DNA from: an uncultured cyanobacterium
Lineage (GTDB): Bacteria; Cyanobacteriota; Cyanobacteriia; Cyanobacteriales; Cyanobacteriaceae
Reading direction: 5' to 3'
Assembly: GCA_963749915.1 (NCBI GenBank)
Contig: CAVVOP010000005.1
Span: 128,001-192,000, forward strand
Length of the DNA stretch: 64,000 nucleotides
Shown here: in pieces, positions 33,196-43,692 of the stretch
How positions within the stretch are numbered: the stretch's first letter is position 1
Layout: each line of letters opens with the position of its first letter
Program-made: the position numbers and the translations under genes
Notes under the pieces: model-generated
Database searches by the model: none
Told to the model about the DNA's origin: nothing
The model's input: the letters and a program-made list of their open reading frames with translations, nothing else

Positions 33196-36071
33196 ATGTT
33201 ATTTACCAATATTTTTCAAGATCCCCTATTTGACCAAGCCCAAAATACATTTAACCGAAACTGGGGTGCAACATCTTGGTCCAATGCCGATCAAGGATGG
33301 TTTGTTCCTCAAAAGAATAAATGGAATAAAGATTTAACCAATGGATATGCCTATGCTGATAATAGCGGTGCTGGTGGACTAACTCAAGTAATTAAAGATG
33401 ACAATCTTACTCTCGGTTTACAATCTATTAACTTTGATGCCACGAATTCAGGAGTTAAAAATACTCTCAGATTACAAGTTTATGGAATTAATGGAAAATT
33501 TAAACTTAGTAATTGGAACACAAAAGACCCTGTAGATGCTACTACAGAAGCAATAGAATTTAAAACGCTACTGGATACTGGAAATATTGCCAATGTAGAA
33601 TTTGACTGGAAAACTTTTAGTCAAGATGTTGATTTTGGGATCGGTTATGAGTATATAGTTTTTCGGTTTATCACAGATGGCGTGGGAAATGGAGAATCCA
33701 TGGCTATTGATAATGTTACCGTTACTGAAATATCTCCTATAATTGTTCCTGTAGTAGATTCTCAATTTGAGCAAACAACAATGAACTTTAATAGAAATTT
33801 TGGAAGCACTGGTTTTGCCGATGCCGATCAAGGATGGTTTGTTCCTCAAAATAATAAATGGAATAAAGATTTAACCAATGGATATGCCTATGCTGATAAT
33901 AGCGGTGCTGGTGGACTAACTCAAGTAATTAAAGATGACAATCTTACTCTCGGTTTACAATCTATTAACTTTGATGCCACGAATTCAGGAGTTAAAAATA
34001 CTCTCAGATTACAAGTTTATGGAATTAATGGAAAATTTAAACTTAGTAATTGGAACACAAAAGACCCTGTAAGTGCCACTACCGAAGCAATAGAATTTGA
34101 AACGCTACTGGATACTGGAAATATTGCCAATGTAGAATTTGACTGGAAAAATTTTAGTCAAGATGTTGATTTTGGGATCGGTTATGACTATATAGCTATT
34201 AGGTTTACGACTAAAGGCGTTGATAGCACTGAATTTATGGCTATTGATAATTTCATGATTTCCCCTGTCAATCAAAAGAATAATATTCCTGAAGCAGTTG
34301 ATGATTTTGTTACAACCACCAAAAATAATCCTATTACAATCAATGTATTGAGCAATGATAGTGATCCTGACGGTGATATATTCACCATTGATAGTTTTAC
34401 GCAACCAGCTAATGGCAACATAACTAAAAATGGAGATAACAGTTTCACTTATACCGCCAATAATTCGACTCAACAAGATAGCTTCACCTACACTATTGTT
34501 GACGAATATGGAGCTACAGATACCGCCACTGTTGATGTCACAGTTCAAACTCCTACTTTTAAAATAGGCACTAATTTAGGAGGAATCAGTTATTGGTCAA
34601 GTCAATTGCCTTTTATTGATGCTTTCCGAAGTGCTAATCAATGGATTCCTACGAAACCAGGAGTATGGAGTACTGGTGAAAACGATAAAATGGATTTAGA
34701 TGAAAATGGTTGGGTTCGTTCTTTACCCACTGCGGAAGATAATGTTGATTTCACCCACGTACACACCTTATTTTTTGTTGGCCAAAATGGTAATTATCCC
34801 GGTGGTGAGTATGTTGTTTTATATGATGGACAAGGAACTCTCAAATATGGAATGGATGCTAGATCAGTTTCTTCTTCTCAAGGTAGGGATGTCATTAACA
34901 TAAAACCTTCCAATTATGGGGTATTATTGAGTATAACTGAAACCGATCCTGATGATTATATTCGCAATATTAGAGTTGTTCCTAAGGCTTACGAAAATAG
35001 TTATCAAACAGAAGTGTTTAACCCCGATTGGTTAGACAAAATTGAACCATTTGGTGCATTTCGTTTCATGGATTGGATGCAAACTAATAATTCCGTGGAA
35101 AAAGAATGGGGCGATCGTCCGACACTGGATTCTGCCACATGGCATAAAAAAGGTGCACCGGTAGAAATTATGGTTGATTTAGCCAATCGCCTTGATTCTG
35201 ATCCTTGGTTTACCTTACCTCACATGGCAACTGATGATTATGTGCGCAACTTTGCCACCTATGTTAGAGATAATCTTGATCCTGAATTAAAAGTATATGT
35301 CGAGTATTCTAATGAAGTATGGAATGGGCAATTCCAACAATACCACTGGGTCAAAGAACAAGCACAATCTGAGGGAATGCGTGTCGCTGATTGGTATAGT
35401 CGCAGGACTACTCAAATTACTCAAATTTGGGACGAAGTATTTGCCCAGACGGGAGAAAAAGAAAGAGTAATTGGGGTTATGGCGGGACAAGGGGCTAATA
35501 TTGGGATGGTTTAAGACTGCTTTAAATTATAATTGGTCACAGAAAATCAATCTCACCAAGATTACGGTATTGATTCTCTTTCTATCACCGGTTATGTGGG
35601 ATTTAGGTAAAAAAACAATAAGAAGAACTACATCATGGTTAAAGAAGCTGATGGTGGTTTGATAGTTTATTTGATCGAATTATCAAGGGGGATTCTTCTT
35701 AATAATCCTGCGGGAGGAGCTTTGCAATTGGCATAAAAATTTGGCTCTGATATTACCAAAGCCAAGGATTATCTTGATTGGTTGCTTATGAGGGAGGACA
35801 ACATTTAGCCGCTAGTACTGCCACCAACCAATTTGATGACGGACGTATCAACGATCTTTTCACTGAAGCTAACAGAGATCCTCGTATGGGAGAAATTTAC
35901 GAACAATTTATGACTCAATGGTTTAACCTTGGGAGGTGACTATTTACTGAACTTTAGCGATGTTGGTAAACCGAGTAAATACGGTTCTGGGGCTTATTAG
36001 AATCAACTTATCAAAATGGTTCACCTAAGTATGACGCGGTGATGGACTTAATTAACAGCACTCCACAATAA
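33196..36071 (+). pseudogene. large extracellular glycan-binding/hydrolase-like protein (2 tandem N-terminal domains, cadherin/Ig-like domain, 'cellulose-binding protein'-type domain); 3' part multiply frameshifted
   Basis: ORF to 35514 contains PEAVDD...NVLSNDSDPDGD, IGTNLGGISYWS, RFMDW, YVEYSNEVWN; shifted frames continue ANRDPRMGEIY...KYG.WGLLE...SPKYDAVMD to TAA at 36071. Confidence 0.7.
33284..34187 (+). repeat. intragenic tandem duplication (537-bp period; 33284-33650 vs 33821-34187 near identical)
   Basis: Direct comparison shows only a few substitutions across about 367 bp. Confidence 0.95.
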
Positions 36072-36175
36072 AATTTTTCGTGAGGGCAGGGAATAGGAAA
36101 TCCTACTTAAAATGGGGAATATCTCAAAATAAATTTCTCCTGCCTATCTTGACCAGCCCTTCTGCCCTCTGCCTC

Positions 36176-36239
36176 CTGACTTGAAAGTGCCAACTTTCAT
36201 CTCTGATGGTGAAAATTTTTTTTCATGGAGACTGCCTTC
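36176..36239. repeat. 64-bp structured dispersed repeat, copy 2
   Basis: 63/64 identical to 24869-24932. Confidence 0.9.
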
Positions 36240-36264
36240 TTCAAGGACGAAAAGTGGCTATAGA

Positions 36265-37791
36265 TTATTGCATTCGATCGATGGTACGATATTGTATCGC
36301 CTCTGCTAGATGATTACTCTTTAAATGTTCATCTCCTGCTAAATCGGCGATGGTGCGAGAAACTTTTAAAATTCGATCCATCGCACGGGCAGATAAGCCT
36401 AATTTACGGATGGCACCTTCTAAAAGATTTCGACTAGCATCATCCAACTCGCAATATTTTCGTAAATGTCGAGATTGCATCTGTCCATTAGAACTAATCT
36501 CCTCACCTTTAAATCGTTTTTGTGCTTTTTGCCTAGCTTTTAAAACCCTTTCTCTAACAGTTTCTGAGGTTTCTCCCGTTTTTTGTCTTGTCATTTCTTC
36601 GGGTTTGAGGCGACTAACTACAACTTGTAAGTCTATGCGATCGAGTAAAGGTCCTGATAATTTTGCCCAATATTGTTCTCTTTGTCGTGGTGAACAAGTA
36701 CAGGGTTGAATAGTATCTCCAAAATATCCGCAAGGACAAGGGTTGGTACTGGCGATCAAGGTAAATTGTGCGGGAAAAATAACTGATTGTCTGGCACGAG
36801 AAATCGTTACAAATCCATCTTCCAGGGGTTGTCTTAAAAACTCTAATACTGTGCGTTTAAATTCAGTTAGCTCATCGAGAAACAGAATGCCATAATGTGA
36901 TAAAGATATTTCTCCGGGCTTGGGAAATGATCCTCCTCCTACAAGGGCAACACCACTGGCAGAATGATGAGGACTACGGAAGGGTCGCTCTCGTATTAAC
37001 GAGCCTTTATCCTTAAGTAATCCTGCCACAGAGTAAATTTGCGACACTTGTAACGCTTCTTGAAAATCTAAAGGTGGCAAAATGGAGGGTAAACGCTTTG
37101 CTAACATGGTTTTACCTGCACCTGGAGGTCCGACAAAGATAAGATTATGTCCTCCAGAAGCGGCAATTTCTAAAGCTCTACGGGCGTGATTCTGTCCTTT
37201 AACATCCTTTAAATTATTGATACTATTAAAAAATGGCTCAAATTCGGCTTGAAGATTTAATTTTGTCGGCGTAAATCTTTCAGGTTGTTGTAAAAATTGG
37301 GCTACCTCATCTAAATTACTCAATCCATGAACCTCTATACCTTTTACGACAGCAGCTTCTTGGGCATTATCTTTAGGCACAATCATTCCTTTAAACCCTA
37401 ATTTAACCGCCGTCGCCGCCATTGGTAAGACTCCCGCTACAGCACGTAAACTACCATCAAGAGACATTTCTCCTAAGAATAAATAATCTCCCAATAATTG
37501 AGGATCAACTTGTTCAGAAGCCGCTAAAATACCGACACTGATAGGTAAATCAAAACTTGGTCCTTCTTTACGTAAATCCGCAGGTGTCAAGTTAATGGTA
37601 ATCTTGCGCACAGGAAAACCAAAACCAGAATTTTTGATAGCGGCTTTTACTCTTTCTCTCGATTCTTGCACCGCCGTATCAGGTAAACCGACAACTGTAA
37701 TCTTGGGTAAACCACCCGACACATCAACTTCAACTCCAACTTTTACTGCATCAACCCCAACTATGGTGGCACTCCAAACTCTAGCTAACAT
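36265..37791 (-). CDS. comM: YifB/ComM Mg-chelatase-like AAA ATPase
   Basis: VGLPDTAVQESRERV, GPPGAGKT, RPFRSPHH, LFLDE; start re-called at MLARVWS. Confidence 0.93.
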   Translation of the reverse strand: MLARVWSATIVGVDAVKVGVEVDVSGGLPKITVVGLPDTAVQESRERVKAAIKNSGFGFPVRKITINLTPADLRKEGPSFDLPISVGILAASEQVDPQLLGDYLFLGEMSLDGSLRAVAGVLPMAATAVKLGFKGMIVPKDNAQEAAVVKGIEVHGLSNLDEVAQFLQQPERFTPTKLNLQAEFEPFFNSINNLKDVKGQNHARRALEIAASGGHNLIFVGPPGAGKTMLAKRLPSILPPLDFQEALQVSQIYSVAGLLKDKGSLIRERPFRSPHHSASGVALVGGGSFPKPGEISLSHYGILFLDELTEFKRTVLEFLRQPLEDGFVTISRARQSVIFPAQFTLIASTNPCPCGYFGDTIQPCTCSPRQREQYWAKLSGPLLDRIDLQVVVSRLKPEEMTRQKTGETSETVRERVLKARQKAQKRFKGEEISSNGQMQSRHLRKYCELDDASRNLLEGAIRKLGLSARAMDRILKVSRTIADLAGDEHLKSNHLAEAIQYRTIDRMQ

Positions 37792-38009
37792 AAGCAAGCA
37801 ATTCAAAATTCACAATTCATATTCTACCTTGCCAAAATTATAATTTATGGAGAGGTCTATTATCCATCTCTGGTTATTTTTGAAAAAGTCTATTAATAAT
37901 ACAAGATTAGTTTAGTTATAAAGGCTTCTTGACTGTTAAAATTCATTAGTATGTAAGAATGTTTTTATTTATTATATATTTCTTTTTTATTTAATTCTTA
38001 TTACAAACA

Positions 38010-38843
38010 ATGAGTCACACTCAGACTACAGTCTCGGCACAATGGCTCAATGATAACCTCGAGAATCCTAATGTCAGAATTATTGATTGTCGTTTTCGTT
38101 TGGCTGAAACGGATTGGGGCTATCAGCGATATAATTACAGTCATATTCAAAACGCTTATTATTTACACTTAAATCAAGATCTTTCAAGTCCAATTCAAAA
38201 TCATGGAGGTCGTCATCCGTTACCTGATGTTCAAATTTTAGCCTCTAAATTAGAACAAATAGGCATTATTAAAAATAAAACTACTGTTGTGGTTTACGAT
38301 TCTACCCGTTTTGCCTTTGCTTCTCGTTTATGGTGGTTATTAAAATATTTGGGTCATGATCCGGTGTTTATTCTCGATGGTGGTTGGCAAGAGTGGACAA
38401 AACTTGATTACCCCGTAAGTAATATAATTCCCAGTTTTTCTCAGGGCTCGTTTTTACCGCAAACTGAATCACATTGGCTTGTAGACATTGATTATGTTAA
38501 ACAGTGTCAAAATTCTGAGTGTAAGGTGATTATCGATGCTAGATCAGGCGATCGCTATCGAGGGGAAGTTGAGCCCATTGATCCTGTAGCTGGTAGTATT
38601 CCATCCGCTGAGAACGTTTTTTGGCAGGATATGACTACAGACACAGGTCAACTCAAATCTTTGACAGCATTAAGGTCTATTTGGTCTCGATATAAAGATT
38701 ATCACGAGGTTATTGTTTATTGCGGTTCAGGGGTAACGGCTTGTGTCGATATTTTTGCCTTGAAAACCATTAATATTAATCACTGTAAATTATATGTAGG
38801 GGGTTGGAGTGATTGGTGTTCGTATCCTGAAAATTTTAATTGA
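38010..38843 (+). CDS. sulfurtransferase (rhodanese, SseA-like)
   Basis: GGRHPLP, LDGGW, YCGSGVTAC, LYVGGWSDW. Confidence 0.93.
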   Translation: MSHTQTTVSAQWLNDNLENPNVRIIDCRFRLAETDWGYQRYNYSHIQNAYYLHLNQDLSSPIQNHGGRHPLPDVQILASKLEQIGIIKNKTTVVVYDSTRFAFASRLWWLLKYLGHDPVFILDGGWQEWTKLDYPVSNIIPSFSQGSFLPQTESHWLVDIDYVKQCQNSECKVIIDARSGDRYRGEVEPIDPVAGSIPSAENVFWQDMTTDTGQLKSLTALRSIWSRYKDYHEVIVYCGSGVTACVDIFALKTININHCKLYVGGWSDWCSYPENFN

Positions 38844-39135
38844 TTATTCTCATTAAATTATTTATCTCTTATTTTTTATATTTATTTAATAACTAAAAAC
38901 CCATATCAAATAATTTAATATATTCTCCATAGACGTAAATTTAATTACCCATTAAACAGTATATTCTGTTACTAAATTATCAAGATTATCGTGATTTATA
39001 GGACATATTTTTGTTATTTTATGTCTGGGTTTATAGCTAATTTTTATAAAATTAGTATAAAATATAAACATAACTATATTTATTTAAAAAGCTTATCTTA
39101 TTTTATTTTCACCTATTAAATTAGATGTTATTTTT

Positions 39136-39903
39136 ATGCACAACTTTGAACTTAATCATGGCAATTTTAGTCTAGAAAAAAAAAATTTAGAACTAAATTC
39201 AGAACTAAATTCAAGCACAAATTTTGCGGAGGAAAGTAGCGAAAATGATTTGTTGAACAACAAGCCACAACTAATTCCTCGTCCAGAATATAATCCAGAA
39301 TATCAAGTCAATTCTACTACTATTATTAATTCGACTAAGACAGAAATAAATCATAACCATAACAACCATAATCATCACATTAGCCAACACAGGCTTAGAG
39401 ACAGAATTTCTATATTTGTTGATGGAAATAATATGTTTTACGCTCAACAAAAAAATGGTTGGTTTTTCGATCCGCGCAAAGTAATTGACTTTTTTTCTGA
39501 AGAATCGGGGTTTATGTTAATTAATGCTTTTTGGTACACTGGATTAAAAGACTCTCAAGATCAAAGGGGTTTTCGAGATGCCTTAATCAGTCTTGGTTAT
39601 ACCGTGCGCACAAAAATCCTTAAAGAATACTATGATGATAGCTCAGGGCGTTTTTCTCAGAAAGCGAACCTCGACATTGAAATTGTAGTAGATATGTTTA
39701 ACACTGTTGATCAATATGATCGAGTCGTGTTGTTCAGCGGTGACGGCGATTTTGAAAGAGCGATCGAATTATTAAGATCAAAAAACACTCATATTACTGT
39801 AGTTTCCACTGATGGTATGATTGCTCGTGAATTACGCAACGCCACTGACAGGTATATGGATCTCAATGAGATTAGAAACTGTATCGAAAAAAGGGACTAT
39901 TGA
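39136..39903 (+). CDS. NYN domain protein (LabA/DUF88 family)
   Basis: IFVDGNNMFY, KANLDIEIVVDM, LFSGDGDF. Confidence 0.9.
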   Translation: MHNFELNHGNFSLEKKNLELNSELNSSTNFAEESSENDLLNNKPQLIPRPEYNPEYQVNSTTIINSTKTEINHNHNNHNHHISQHRLRDRISIFVDGNNMFYAQQKNGWFFDPRKVIDFFSEESGFMLINAFWYTGLKDSQDQRGFRDALISLGYTVRTKILKEYYDDSSGRFSQKANLDIEIVVDMFNTVDQYDRVVLFSGDGDFERAIELLRSKNTHITVVSTDGMIARELRNATDRYMDLNEIRNCIEKRDY

Positions 39904-40010
39904 AATAATTAAGTTGATAAAACTGGTGGTCTTTGACTGCCTTAAAGGAAAACCACCAAGAACTAAAACGCCATCGCCTGTTCATGATTGCCCTGACTGG
40001 AGTAGGTAAT
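39901..40010 (-). pseudogene. relic 3' end of a second pyruvate kinase gene
   Basis: Minus frame HYLLQSGQS*TGDGVLVLGGFPLRQSKTTSFINL aligns with the island Pyk C-terminus RGDSVLILGGLPLRQAGSTSFLDI (14 of 20 identical in the core). Confidence 0.6.
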
Positions 40011-40141
40011 GCCTCCTGTTAGCGATCATAGGTACAGGCTCAAAATTATAGCCAAAGCCGGAGCGAGATTGGGGATTAGCTTGAATCTGGACAAGTTGGA
40101 TTGCCCGATTTTGACAATAGCCAATAAGACTCGCTATATCT

Positions 40142-41635
40142 TTATTCACCGCTCAAAAGTTTTTGGAGAGTTACTCGAGATCCTTCCCTGTAAAGTGACT
40201 CCATAAATTTTCCTACTTCGTTTTTGAAAACATCTGAGCTTCTCAATCTTGGAGCGAAGAGATCTTCTAAAGCCAGAAGCTTTTCCGGCGATTCCCCACC
40301 TTCTAGCGCAGCCTTTTGTAGAGGTTCCACCATTGGATCGTCGATTTCAAACCCCTGTCCCTTCTCGTCTTTTCCAGTTAAATAGCGAAACCAGGCAGCA
40401 ATACATAAAGCGGCACAGGAGAATGGGCCACCAGTGTCTAAGTGCTTAAGGATGACAGGAAGCACAAATTTAGGGATTTTACTGGAGCCATCGAAACAAA
40501 TGCGAGTAAGTTTATCTTTGATTTTTGGATTGGTAAAACGTTCTAGGAGAGTCTGCTTGTATTCCTCAAGATTAATGCCCGGTACCGGAGCGAGGATCGG
40601 CGTTACCTCCTCATCCATATAGCGAAGGATATAGCGTCGAAACTCTTGATCACTGGCGACTTCATGAATATACTCAAACCCTGCCAGATACCCTAAATAG
40701 CCCATCAAAGAATGACTGGCATTTAAAAGCTGCATTTTCATTAATTCGTAGGGCATGACATCGGGAACAAACTGTACTCCAACATCTCCTAAAATAGGAC
40801 GACCGGCAGCAAAATTATCCTCAATTACCCATTGAATAAAGGGTTCAGCCACGACTGGCCAAGCATCATCTAGGCTAAAATGCTCTCGAAGTTCCTGACG
40901 ATCTGCATCCGTTGTCGCTGGCGTTATGCGATCGACCATACTATTGGGAAAGGCAACATTCTTTTGAATCCATCGATAAAGATTGGCATCGCGTGCTTGA
41001 GCATAACCTTCGATCGCTTTCCGGCTTACCGTTCCATTTTCGGGTAAATTATCACAGGATAGGATAGTTACCTTTGCTCCCCTTCTATCCATTCGCCGTT
41101 TTAACCCCTCAACGATACAACCAATGGCAGTTGAAGGCGTTTCTGGATTGGCTAAATCGTTTTGAATGCTCTCATCAGACAGCAAAAATTCATCGGTGGC
41201 TGAACTGTAGAAATAACCCCCTTCAGTGATAGTAAGGGAGATAATTTTCGTCTGTGACCCTGCCATCTTATCCAGAAGGGCATCCAAATTGTCTGGTGCA
41301 AAGAGATACTCGACCATTGAGCCAACTATATAAGCCTCCATTTGCTTAGCACTCCTTTCAATAACCGTGTATAAAAGATCCTGCGGCACTAAGGCTTCCT
41401 TCATTTGGCGATCCCCCGGCATTAAACCAACGCCACAAATTCCCCATTCAGAAGGACCATATTTTTGAAAAAGTCGGTCCAAATAGACTGCCTGATGGGC
41501 GCGATGAAATCCCCCGACACCAATATGGACAATAGCACTGCCACACCCAGAGCGATCGTATTGCGGTACACTCATTTGAGCAGCTAGGTCATTGAGTGTT
41601 TCATTATTGAGTTTTCTCAGGCTCATTTTTTCCAT
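40142..41635 (-). CDS. mannitol dehydrogenase family oxidoreductase (long-chain polyol DH)
   Basis: IVHIGVGGFHRAHQA, LTITEGGY, LSCDN, NSMVDRITP, K..LLNASH. Confidence 0.92.
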   Translation of the reverse strand: MEKMSLRKLNNETLNDLAAQMSVPQYDRSGCGSAIVHIGVGGFHRAHQAVYLDRLFQKYGPSEWGICGVGLMPGDRQMKEALVPQDLLYTVIERSAKQMEAYIVGSMVEYLFAPDNLDALLDKMAGSQTKIISLTITEGGYFYSSATDEFLLSDESIQNDLANPETPSTAIGCIVEGLKRRMDRRGAKVTILSCDNLPENGTVSRKAIEGYAQARDANLYRWIQKNVAFPNSMVDRITPATTDADRQELREHFSLDDAWPVVAEPFIQWVIEDNFAAGRPILGDVGVQFVPDVMPYELMKMQLLNASHSLMGYLGYLAGFEYIHEVASDQEFRRYILRYMDEEVTPILAPVPGINLEEYKQTLLERFTNPKIKDKLTRICFDGSSKIPKFVLPVILKHLDTGGPFSCAALCIAAWFRYLTGKDEKGQGFEIDDPMVEPLQKAALEGGESPEKLLALEDLFAPRLRSSDVFKNEVGKFMESLYREGSRVTLQKLLSGE

Positions 41636-41677
41636 CCTTAAAATTCAAAATCTAAAATCGATTGGCCCATAGAGGTA

Positions 41678-43684
41678 CTACTGATCGCCGACCAGCCACA
41701 TACTTTCATAGGGAGCAAGATAGAGTCGTCCTTCAGAGATATTTAAGGAACTACCCTCAGTTAGAAGGTTCCGGATATTGCCACTTAACCCCCCATACTG
41801 TAACATTTCTGCCCTGACCGACTGCCAATGGTCATCGAAATTCGCCAGGAGCATTATACTATTCTCTGGACGATCGCGGCGTAATGCCCAGACATGGTCG
41901 TTGTCCGTCCACATCGGATGCGTGAGGGCAAAACTGTGTAACAAAGAGGTGGACTTGCGGACTTTGATTAATTGGATTAGCCCCTGGTAAATCCGTCCTT
42001 CAATTGTATTTGGAGCATGACGCTTATCCGCTTTCATCCAGTCCATCGACGGTCGGTGCAGCCAGCGGCTATCCTTGGCTTTAATGGGGTCGTTTTTGTA
42101 GACATTATTGTTCAATAAGCCCACTTCATCCCCCATGTAAATTAAGGGGATACCACCACGGAACATAATCGCACTGTGCAGCAGGAGGATGCGACGGATT
42201 GCCAAATCCATGGCTAACTCATCCTGGTTCTCTAGTGCCACTTCTAACCCGGTTAGGGAAGCTGTTGTACCACAGATGCGGGCATCTTTGGTGACGGGAT
42301 TGAAACCAAAGAGAGCTCCTTTGGCGAAAGACCCGGGAAACTTTCCCGTGTAGAATTGGTTGAGAAACTGACGGTGAAGAAAGGGATTTGCTCCAATTTC
42401 GCCCAGATCCTCATCCGCCATTGCCCAACCGATATCATCATGGTTGCGAAGGTAGGTGACTGCGCTGGAATTAATCAACAGGGCTGGGCTGCGTTTGTGA
42501 ATCACATAGGATAGCAAGGTTACCTTATGGGTAGCCAAAGCACTCCAGAGCATTACCATTAATTGATTGTTATAAGCCAACTCACACTGTTTGCCAGTGG
42601 TTGTCTTCACGCCGATATACTGTTGTAGCTGATCGGGCGGCACGATCGCCTCAGCCTTGAAAATAAGGGCAGGAGCAACAATCCGCATCAGTCCCCGAAA
42701 TATCTGAATCAGTTTGAAGACTTCGGGCTGGTTCTGGCAGTTGGTTCCCATCCGTTTCCAAATAAACGGTGCGGCATCGAGTCGGAGGATATCGACCCCC
42801 TGATTGACCAGGAAGAGCATGATGTCCATCATCTCCCGAAAGACGCCGAGGTTGGTGAAGTTGAGGTCCCACTGGTAATCCATAAAGGTCGTCCAAACCC
42901 AGCGACCATTTCCCGCCATCTCAGGATACCAAGTAAAGCTACCAGGGGCTTCATCGGGGAAGATTTCCGGTAGATTTTGCTCGTAGGCATCGGGGAGGTT
43001 GCGATCAGGAAAGGTATAGTAATAGTCGAGATATTTCTGTTCTCCAGCTATGGCCCGCTGTGCCCATTCATGTTCTTTCGCGGTGTGATTGACCACCAAA
43101 TCGACACAAAGGGAAATACCCCGTTCTCGTAAATCCGTCGCCAGTGCCTCGAGGTCTTCCATTGTCCCCAGTTCTGGCTTGACTGTGCGGTAGTCCATCA
43201 CCGCATAGCCTCCATCATTGGGGGCGGGACGGGGATTGAGCAGGGGCATCAGGTGCAGGTAGGTGATACCCAGTTCTTCGAGGTAGCTGACTTTCTCTCG
43301 CAAGCCTTTGAGGGTTCCAGCAAAAAGGTCTGGGTAGCAGACGTAGCCCACCATGTTCGGGCGCTCAAACCAATCGGGGGTGAACTGTCGTTCTAGGTCG
43401 AGTAACCGCAAAGGTTCGGGTCTTGCTGCATACGCTTCCACCATCTGGTCAAACAGAGCCTCAGTCTGCTCGTGATAATCGGGGCGATCGCCATAGATTT
43501 CTCTTAAGGGATCATAAATATCCTCGAAATATCGCTCAAAACGCAGCCAAAAGATATCGGCATCCCTTGGGGTACAGCAGTCCATCAGTTTATAGGACTG
43601 ACGCTCCTTAAACGCTTCAAATACGGAGCGGGAGGAGTCGGACATTTGAAGGACATTATGCATGGTTTCAGTATTCAAATTCAA
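41678..43684 (-). CDS. amylosucrase / sucrose hydrolase (GH13_4-like)
   Basis: YLHLMP, DGGYAV, VNHTA, RLDA, EAIV, RNHDDIGW, RWLHRP. Confidence 0.88.
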   Translation of the reverse strand: MNLNTETMHNVLQMSDSSRSVFEAFKERQSYKLMDCCTPRDADIFWLRFERYFEDIYDPLREIYGDRPDYHEQTEALFDQMVEAYAARPEPLRLLDLERQFTPDWFERPNMVGYVCYPDLFAGTLKGLREKVSYLEELGITYLHLMPLLNPRPAPNDGGYAVMDYRTVKPELGTMEDLEALATDLRERGISLCVDLVVNHTAKEHEWAQRAIAGEQKYLDYYYTFPDRNLPDAYEQNLPEIFPDEAPGSFTWYPEMAGNGRWVWTTFMDYQWDLNFTNLGVFREMMDIMLFLVNQGVDILRLDAAPFIWKRMGTNCQNQPEVFKLIQIFRGLMRIVAPALIFKAEAIVPPDQLQQYIGVKTTTGKQCELAYNNQLMVMLWSALATHKVTLLSYVIHKRSPALLINSSAVTYLRNHDDIGWAMADEDLGEIGANPFLHRQFLNQFYTGKFPGSFAKGALFGFNPVTKDARICGTTASLTGLEVALENQDELAMDLAIRRILLLHSAIMFRGGIPLIYMGDEVGLLNNNVYKNDPIKAKDSRWLHRPSMDWMKADKRHAPNTIEGRIYQGLIQLIKVRKSTSLLHSFALTHPMWTDNDHVWALRRDRPENSIMLLANFDDHWQSVRAEMLQYGGLSGNIRNLLTEGSSLNISEGRLYLAPYESMWLVGDQ

Positions 43685-43692
43685 ATAAATTA

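Noticed and set aside
33284..34187. Near-identical repeat pair as a DGR TR/VR
   Set aside because: Mismatches are not adenine-specific (e.g. AAG vs AAT), both copies are in-frame domains of one ORF, and there is no RT nearby.
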